Shown one piece after another: positions 53,788-64,000 of a stretch of DNA of 64,000 bases. A model generated the notes under the pieces. The model made no database searches. It was not told the DNA's origin and saw nothing but the letters and a program-made list of their open reading frames with translations. The stretch is from assembly GCA_964016885.1 (NCBI GenBank), contig OZ024754.1, positions 13,516,001-13,580,000 on the forward strand, written 5' to 3'. Both the position numbers and the translations under genes were made by a program. This DNA is from Eledone cirrhosa. Taxonomy: Eukaryota. The first letter of the stretch is position 1; every line of letters starts with the position of its first letter.

Positions 53788-54336
53788 GTGATGCTGTATT
53801 AAACTACACACTGTTCTATATAATACATATCTGTCTGTTTCCTCCGGAGTAACTCAGCATCAGCAACGTTCTTTCTTAAAGTATCAGAGTTACAACATCC
53901 AAATATGAATATTAGGGATGTCTCAAGTTGACCATACATTCCCATACTCTGTAATTACGTTCTGTAGTTTAAAAAAAATCGTTTCTTAATAGAAGTATCG
54001 TATCACAGAGCAAAGTAAGATGTTTTTAGCTAACGACTAAGATGGAGAGAAAGGGAAGAGAATAAAGGAGAAAATAACAATACAAGAAAGACATTCGAAG
54101 ATTAAATGATGGAAAGATTTAAAAAAAAATAGAGATATAACCAGTAAAAAGTCACCAGAAGAGAATAAAAGAGGAAATATATCACAAAAGGGAGATGAGG
54201 AGATACAAAGCTGACATGAATCTGAAAAAAAAAAAAAAAATTATGATTTGATATATGGAAGCCGTACTATTTGTTGGAGGCGATTGTGTAATGCACAACT
54301 ACAACTACACACACACAAAACACAAACATACACACA

Positions 54337-54381
<45 letters not shown>

Positions 54382-54393
54382 ATATATATATTC

Positions 54394-54463
<70 letters not shown>

Positions 54464-54594
54464 ATATATTCATATATATATGTGTGTGTATGCAACTAAA
54501 TATATATAAGTCTCCTACGGACACTAAGCGTGAAAGTAATAAGACTGTTTTTGCATCTCTTTGTCTGTCTTGTCTATTCTTGAAATATATATGC

Positions 54595-54634
<40 letters not shown>

Positions 54635-54721
54635 ATATATATATATATATATTGTGTGTGTGTGTATGGAGCAGATAAATCCGCAAACAAACAATGGATG
54701 ATAAAAACAGCGTTTCCTTAT

Positions 54722-54785
54722 GATTCAACGAATCTTTATACACAGTTAGGCACAGTATAAAACAGTATATATATATATTGATGCG

Positions 54786-54864
<79 letters not shown>

Positions 54865-54926
54865 GCATCAATATATATATACTGTTTCATACTGTGCCTA
54901 ACTGTGTATAAAGATTCGTTGAATCT
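54722..54926. repeat. ~205-bp palindrome centred on a (TA)n tract
   Basis: Arms 54722-54784 and 54865-54926 are reverse complements. Confidence 0.85.
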
Positions 54927-54955
54927 TTATATGGTCATTCCTTAAATAAGCACTC

Positions 54956-56118
<1,163 letters not shown>

Positions 56119-56149
56119 GTTTATATGTATATATATATATATATATATG

Positions 56150-56770
56150 AATCACTACCCCCCTACAGACAACTGACGCTGCACACCAGGCCCGAACACA
56201 GAGGAGCCGAACTCCCACTGTCATCGCCGCCATATGTCTCGCCCTTCCCATCACTCTGTATTATGAGCAAACGGGGTCCCACTCACTGGCCGCCCCACGG
56301 CCCCGGAGGATGGTTAGGGAGATGCGCTGGAAGAGCCATTCCATCTCGCGAGGCTCACACCAGTGGCTAGCCAACTCAGCGCTTATGGTGGTTCGTAGGG
56401 AGGTAGCCCTAGGGCCGAGGACACCAGAAGTCTCCACTGCCACAGGCTCGACTGCAAACCTGTCGGAAAGCGACCGATACTTGGAGAGTTAACCTTCTTC
56501 GGCCCGAAGTGCAGCAGAACCTGGGTTAGTCGCAGACTGCACCAGGTTGCGGCTGGAGAATGTGTCGCTACAAGTGGCATCCCAGTCGAGGGGTTTACCA
56601 CTGCGAAACGGAAGGCGGTCATACCATCTGGCTTTTTGCCGTCCCCTCGGTCCAGCCCCACCTACTCGAGCCTGCAGCATCCAAGCCATTTGGGCCCATA
56701 TATAAGTTACAGAAATCACTACTGTCTCCAGACGAGAGCGGAATCTGGAGCAGGCCTTCGCAACAGCGTC
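56150..56770 (-). mobile_element. CRE-clade non-LTR 3' fragment (restriction-like endonuclease), frameshifted
   Basis: GLDRGDGKKPDGMT, GKPLDWDATCSDT, AALRAEE, AVETSGVLG, WLFQRISLTILRG across ORF fragments; 3' end abuts (TA)n. Confidence 0.8.
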
Positions 56771-56775
56771 CTTGT

Positions 56776-57122
56776 AGTGACTATAATATACCCCAGAGTG
56801 GGGACTATAATATACCCCAGAATAGTGACTAAAATATACCCGAGGGTGGTGACTATAATATACCCCAGAGTGGGGACTAAAATATACCCCAGAGTTGGGA
56901 TTATAATATACCCCAGAGTGGGGACTAAAATATACCCCAGAGTGGTGACTAAAATATACCTCAGGGTGGGGACTAAAATATACCCCAGGGTGGGACTAAA
57001 ATATACCCCAGAATAGTGACTAAAATATACTCCAGGGTGGGGATTAAAATATACCCCAGAGTGGAGACTATAATATACCGCAGAGTGGGGACTAAAATAT
57101 ACCCCAGGGTGGGGGACTATAA
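56776..57122. repeat. 24-bp minisatellite (CCCCAGAGTGGGGACTAAAATATA), ~14 units
   Basis: Direct; the IYPRVGTK peptide period is 8 aa. Confidence 0.92.
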
Positions 57123-57199
57123 TAAGGTCAAGGAGAAAGGTGGAATAACCCATACATTATAGATGACCCACTACAGAAATAACATTTACGGTGTGAGGA

Positions 57200-57480
57200 A
57201 TGGTCCTGAAATTATATATAAAATGGTTTGAAATTCACAGGCACGGGTACCCTTAACATAGTTCTCATAGAGATTCAGCGTGAAACAGTGTGATAGGATT
57301 GGTCCTTTGAATGCCAGGTTCAGTCCATGCGATGGGTTTTCAAACCATTTCCATCTAGCCTATTTCACTTATAAAACTTCAATCAACCCGAGGTTAATAT
57401 ACATATCATTTCCTCAATATGTCACACAATGGGATCGAACCCAGGACCGAATGCTAGCTTCTTAAGCATTCGGCTATACT
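57200..57480 (-). mobile_element. Second tRNA-headed SINE family
   Basis: Minus-strand TAGCCGAATG (A-box-like) and GGTTCGATCCC (B-box) at ~57431-57476. Confidence 0.5.
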
Positions 57481-57505
57481 ACGTCCAATCGCAGTGTAAA
57501 GAAAT

Positions 57506-57681
57506 AACTGTTTCTACTTTAGGCCAGAAATTACCCAGTGCATTACTGGTACTTTATTTTATCGACCCCGTAAGGATGAAAGGCAAAGTCAACCTCGGCG
57601 GGATTTGAACTCAGATCGTAAAAGGGCGTAACTATGCAGGAAAGCATGGCGTCTGACCCTCTACCGATACTGCCAATCCAC
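57506..57681 (-). mobile_element. tRNA-derived SINE
   Basis: Family motifs as above. Confidence 0.85.
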
Positions 57682-59075
57682 TTGGACTACACTACTGGAG
57701 TAACAACTCACATTTCCCTCACTACAGTGGGAACAATGCAAACCAACAGGTTATTTGATCTGGAGAGGAAGAGTACTTCACTTATAAATAAATAAAAAAA
57801 TCCCTCAACATCATTTTAAATAATTAAACTATTTATGTAGTTATTTTCTATCATTGCTTCAACAACGATCCCTGGTCTTTTGAACATGTCAACTTTATAC
57901 CCAGCCTTATTATTATCTTGCTTTCTTCTGTTATATTTTTCTTTGATAAAGTAGCTTTTTGTCACATCCCCGCTTCCACTGTACAAAACAGTTCCACACC
58001 GACTAACTTTATTAATCAGAACTGAACTTGTCTGCAAATGTCTAAGCTGTCAATGTTTTGCAGCCTACAGCAATAACTTCAGATTAATCCTTAACTCGGC
58101 TCATCTCTTCGACTTCCTTTTCACCAGTCAACCAGTTGTTATAAGGATGGCTTTAGAATGCTAAAAAGACACATCTTTCTTCTCAGAATTACAACATTCA
58201 ATCATTGATCAAAAGACATCCTCTCAACGATTTCCTGTAGATTTTTGCTAAACACTTTTATCGTCGTCAAATGGAAGCCTAATCAGTAATTTTAGTCATC
58301 CATATATACTGCAACATTTAGAATGGAAATTTAGTGAAACATGGAGAAGCTTTTACCAATTCTAGTCAGGCATACATAATACAATGTGTAGATGGAGATT
58401 TAGTGGAACATAGAGAAGCTTTTAGATACGTAATAACAGAATTAACTGACAAAAACCATAGCTACTCTTTACTCGCTATTCTTTTACACTAGAGCATAAT
58501 CTTTACTGCTGCTTCCGTTTCTATAGCAAATATTTTATCATAGTATTTGCGTGAATATAAGAGTTCTGCTGCATTCATTTTTTTTTCTTTAATAAATATA
58601 CAATTGATCCTTAGCAGTGAAATATAAACAAAGCTACATCAGAGGTTTTATATTTGCTTGGCTTGTAAAAACGGAATGAATCAGATTAGTTTTCAGTGTT
58701 ATTACATCATCAGCAGTGAAAGAATAACCGATTTATCTTTACGTATGATCTATGAATTAATTAATTCATTTATCTATGTAGTTAATGCATGCATTGTTAC
58801 ACAAATTAGACTAATCAATTTAACTGATCCCTAGTTGGTATGCAATACATATAGATCTAAGCTATCAATCCTACTGTAAACAAGAATGGATAGTATTTCT
58901 CGGATGAACGTCGATGCAAAACAAAACAAAAAACTAGTTAAATCAAGCCCACTTTTCTGTCCAAGACAAAAATAGGGGATGAAGGCATTTTCTTATTTTC
59001 GCAAGTGAGGCTAAAAGAATGTGTTTATTAAAAAGGGTTAACCTTATATATATGTATGTGCATGTACATACATAT

Positions 59076-59190
<115 letters not shown>

Positions 59191-59218
59191 CATATTTATA
59201 TATATATATATACATATT

Positions 59219-59256
<38 letters not shown>

Positions 59257-59280
59257 CATATTTATATATATATATATACA

Positions 59281-59347
<67 letters not shown>

Positions 59348-59348
59348 T

Positions 59349-59474
<126 letters not shown>

Positions 59475-60229
59475 AAGAGAGGGGGGAGACAGACCGATAG
59501 AGAGAGATAAATAGATAGATGACAGATAAATGACACACAATAGCTAGAAGGTAAGTCCGCTCCAGATGTTTTCGTCTGCCACAGTTACAAATGGCATTAA
59601 CACATTCCTCAGGCTGTATAACAAATAATAACAGTTTCAGTAGTGGGTTTTTTCTACAATTTGTAAATAAAGTACAATTACACGAAACAAAATATAGCAT
59701 AGTTGACTCCTACCTAGTGATTGTATTATAACAGATATACCATTGAGTACCATTGAGTACCATTGAGTACCATTGAGTACCATTGAGTACCACTGTATTA
59801 TGATAGACACTACCATTGAGTACCATTGAGTACCATTGGTATAGAGTAGTCCAGTCTGGTATGTGTATTACTATCGTGTTTCTAATAACACATCTAAATT
59901 GTCATCGTTTCTATATTGCTAATTACTGAGTTGCTAATCTGTGAGAGATGAGTTGCGACATCTCGTCGATAAACAGATGTAGGCAAACAAAGGCACCCCA
60001 CGAATATATCTAGATTTACGATGGCCATCAAATACGACAGATGTTCTTTGTGTGTTTGTGTGTGTGGGGTTGGGGGTGTATAAAGAACAGAATAAAACAC
60101 AGAAATAAACACATAGACGTACTGAACATACGTCTATGAACAATACCCACCTCATGCTCATTAGATGAACAGACAAAAGGCTACACAGCCTGCAGCACTG
60201 AAAATAATTCTTCAAACCAATGTCCACCT

Positions 60230-63200
60230 CTGACTCATGAGATTAACAGACAGAATGAACCAATGTCCAGCTCAGCGTCAATAGATAAACAGACAGAATG
60301 AACTAATGCCCAGCTCAGGGTCATGAGTTAAACTGACAGAATGAACCAATGTCCAGCTCAGGGTCATGGATTAACACACAGAATTAACCAATGTCCAGCT
60401 CAGGGTCATGAGATAAACTGACAGAATGAATCCATGTTTATCTCAGGGTCATGAGATAAACTGACAGAATGAACTAATGCTCATCTCAGGGTCATGAGAT
60501 AAACAGATAGAATGAGCCAATGCCCAGCTCATGGTCATGAGATAAACCAACAGAATGAGGCAATGCACAGCTCAGGCCCACGAGATCAACAGACAGAATG
60601 AACCAATGCCCACCTCAAGCCCACGAGATAAACAGACAGAATGAACCAATCCCCACCTCAAGCCCACGAGATAAACAGACAGAATGAACCAATGCCCAGC
60701 TCAAGCCCACGATATCAACAGACAGAATGAGGCAAGGCCCAGCTCAGGCCCACGAGATAAACAGACAGAATGAGTCAATGCCCACCTCAAGCCCACGAGA
60801 TCAACAGACAGAATGAACCAATGCCCACCTCAAGCCCACGAGATCAACCGACAGAATGAACCAATGTCCACCTCAAACCCACGAGATAAACAGACAGAAT
60901 GAACCAATGCCCACCGCAAGCCCACGAGATAAACAGACAGAATGAACCAATGCCCAGCTCAAGACCACGAGATCAACAGACAGAATGAGGCAAGGCCCAG
61001 CTCAGGCCCACGAGATCAACAGACAGCATGAACCAATGCCCACCTCAAGCCCACGAGATAAACAGACAGAATGAGGCAATGCACAGCTCAGGCCCACAAG
61101 ATCAACAGACAGAATGAGGCAATGCACAGCTCAAGCCCACGAGATCAACAGACACAATGAGGCAATGCCCACCTCAAGCCCACGAGATCAACAGACATAA
61201 TGAGGCAATGCCCACCTCAAGCCCACGAGATCAACAGACAGAATGAACCAATGCCCACCTCAAGCCCACGAGATAAACAGACAGAATGAGGCAATGCACA
61301 GCTCAGTCCCACGAGATCAACAGACAGAATGAGGCAATGCCCACCTGAAGCCCACGAGATCAACAGACAGAATGAGGCAATGCCCACCTCAAGCCCACGA
61401 GATAAACAGACAAAATGAACCAATGCCCACCTTAAGCCCACGAGATAAACAGACAGAATGAGGCAATGTCCAGCTCAGGCCCACGAGATCAACAGACAGA
61501 ATGAGGCAATGCCCACCTCAAGCCCACGAGTTCAACAGACAGAATGAGGCAATGCCCACCTCAAGCCCACGAGATCAACCGACAGAATGAGGCAATGCCC
61601 ACCTCAGGCCCACGAGTTCAACAGACAGAATGAGGCAATGCATAGTTCAGGGCCACGAGTTCAACAGACAGAATGAGGCAATGCCCACCTCAGGCCCACA
61701 AGATCAACAGACAGAATGAGGCAATGCCCACCTCAGGCCCACGAGATCAACAGACAGAATGAGGCAATGCACAGCTCAAGCCCACGATATCAACAGACAG
61801 AATGAGGCAATGCCCACCTCAAGCCCACGAGATCAAGAGACAGAATGAGGCAATGCCCACCTCAGGCCCACGAGATCAACAGAGAGAATGAGGCAATGCA
61901 CAGCTCAAGCCCACGAGTTCAACAGATAGAATGAGGCAATGCCCACCTCAGGCCCACGAGATCAACAGACAGAATGAGGCAATGCACAGCTCAAGCCCGC
62001 GAGATCAACAGACAGAATGAGGCAATGCCCACCTCAGGCCCACGAGATCAACAGACAGAATGAGGCAATGCACAGCTCAAGCCCACGAGATCAATAGACA
62101 GAATGAGGCAATGCCCACCTCAAGCCCACGAGATCAACAGACAGAATGAGGCAATGCACAGTTCAGGCCCACGAGTTCAACAGACAGAATGAGGCAATGC
62201 ACAGCTCAGGCCCACGAGATCAACAGACAGAATGAGGCAATGACCAGCTCAGGCCCACGAGATCAACAGACAGAATGAAGCAATGCACAGCTCAGGCCCA
62301 CGAGTTCAACAGACAGAATGAGGCAATGCACAGCTCAGGCCCACGAGATCAACAGACAGAATGAACCAATGCCCACCTCAAGCCCACGAGATCAAAAGAC
62401 AGAATGAACCAATGCCCACCTCAAGCCCACGAGATCAACCGACAGAATGAACCAATGCCCACCTCAAGCCCACGAGATCAACAGACAGAATGAACCAATG
62501 CCCAGCTCAAGCCCACGAGATCAACAGACAGAATGAGGCAAGGCCCAGCTCAGGCCCACGAGATCAACAGACAGCATGAACCAATGCCCACCTCAAGCCC
62601 ACGAGATAAACAGACAGAATGAGGCAATGCACAGCTCAGGCCCACGAGATCAACAGACAGAATGAGGCAATGCACAGCTCAAGCCCACGAGATCAACAGA
62701 CAGAATGAGGCAATGCCCACCTCAAGCCCACCAGATCAACAGACAGAATGAGGCAATGCCCACCTCAAGCCCACGAGATAAACAGACAGAATGAACCAAT
62801 GCCCACCTCAAGCCCACGAGATAAACAGACAGAATGAAGCAATGCCCAGCTCAGGCCCACGAGATCAACAGACAGAATGAGGCAATGCACAGCTCAGTCC
62901 CACGAGATCAACAGACAGAATGAGGCAATGCCCACCTCAAGCCCACGAGATCAACAGACAGAATGAGGCAATGCCCACCTCAAGCCCACGAGATAAACAG
63001 ACAAAATGAACCAATGCCCACCTTAAGCCCACGAGATAAACAGACAGAATGAGGCAATGTCCAGCTCAGGCCCACGAGATCAACAGACAGAATGAGGCAA
63101 TGCCCACCTCAAGCCCACAAGTTCAACAGACAGAATGAGGCAATGCCCACCTCAGGCCCACGAGATCAACAGACAGAATGAGGCAATGCCCACCTCAGGC

Positions 63201-64000
63201 CCACGAGGTCAACAGACAGAATGAGGCAAGGCCCAGCTCAGACCCACGAGATCAACAGACAGCATGAACCAATGCCCAGCTCAAGCCCACGAGATCAACA
63301 GACAGAATGAGGCAAGGCCCAGCTCAGGCCCACGAGATCAACAGACAGCATGAACCAATGCCCACCTCAAGCCCACGAGATCAACAGACAGAATGAGGCA
63401 ATGCACAGCTCAGGCCCACGAGATCAACAGACAGAATGAGGCAATGCCCACCTCAAGCCCACAAGTTCAACAGACAGAATGAGACAATGCCCACCTCAGG
63501 CCCACGAGATCAACAGACAGAATGAGGCAATGCCCACCTCAGGCCCACGAGGTCAACAGACAGAATGAGGCAAGGCCCAGCTCAGGCCCACGAGATCAAC
63601 AGACAGCATGAACCAATGCCCAGCTCAAGCCCACGAGATCAACAGACAGAATGAGGCAAGGCCCAGCTCAGGCCCACGAGATCAACAGACAGCATGAACC
63701 AATGCCCACCTCAAGCCCACGAGATCAACAGACAGAATGAGGCAATGCACAGATCAGGCCCACAAGATCAACAGACAGAATGAGGCAATGCACAGCTCAA
63801 GCCCACGAGATCAACAGACAGAATGAGGCAATGCCCACCTCAAGCCCACGAGATCAACAGACAGAATGAGGCAATGCCCACCTCAAGCCCACGAGATCAA
63901 CAGACAGAATGAACCAATGCTCACCTCAAGCCCACGAGATAAACAGACAGAATGAAGCAATGCCCAGCTCAGGCCCACGAGATCAACAGACAGAATGAGG
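60230..64000. repeat. 43-bp satellite array (AATGAGGCAATGCCCACCTCAAGCCCACGAGATCAACAGACAG), >85 units, runs off the window
   Basis: Period 43 (e.g. 61801 to 61844); most degenerate at the left edge. Confidence 0.97.

Noticed and set aside
60230-64000. CRISPR array
   Set aside because: Contiguous 43-bp units with no unique spacers, no cas genes, and a eukaryotic context.

Overview
AT-rich, microsatellite-saturated eukaryotic DNA. I recognise no intact host gene; the SINE family and repeat landscape resemble an octopus/coleoid cephalopod genome (inference). The window is a retroelement graveyard. (1) A ~10-kb Penelope-like element (Naiad-type RT + GIY-YIG, 5'-truncated at the YRDD motif) forms a giant palindrome with ~4.6-kb arms, each carrying a type I hammerhead ribozyme with a ~115-nt stem II. 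(2) At least six further hammerhead-bearing mini-elements or pLTR fragments sit inside (TA)n tracts, several as small hairpins; one captured 54 bp of nearby genomic DNA as its loop. (3) A full-length L1/Tx1-clade LINE lies in an (ATT)n repeat, and its ORF2 is broken only by one TGA at a Trp position. (4) Also present: decayed RTE, Dong/R4 and CRE LINE fragments, many tRNA-derived SINEs with TSDs, Helitron-like remnants, and several mini/satellites including a 43-bp array with higher-order structure. Most ORFs in the supplied track are microsatellite artefacts.
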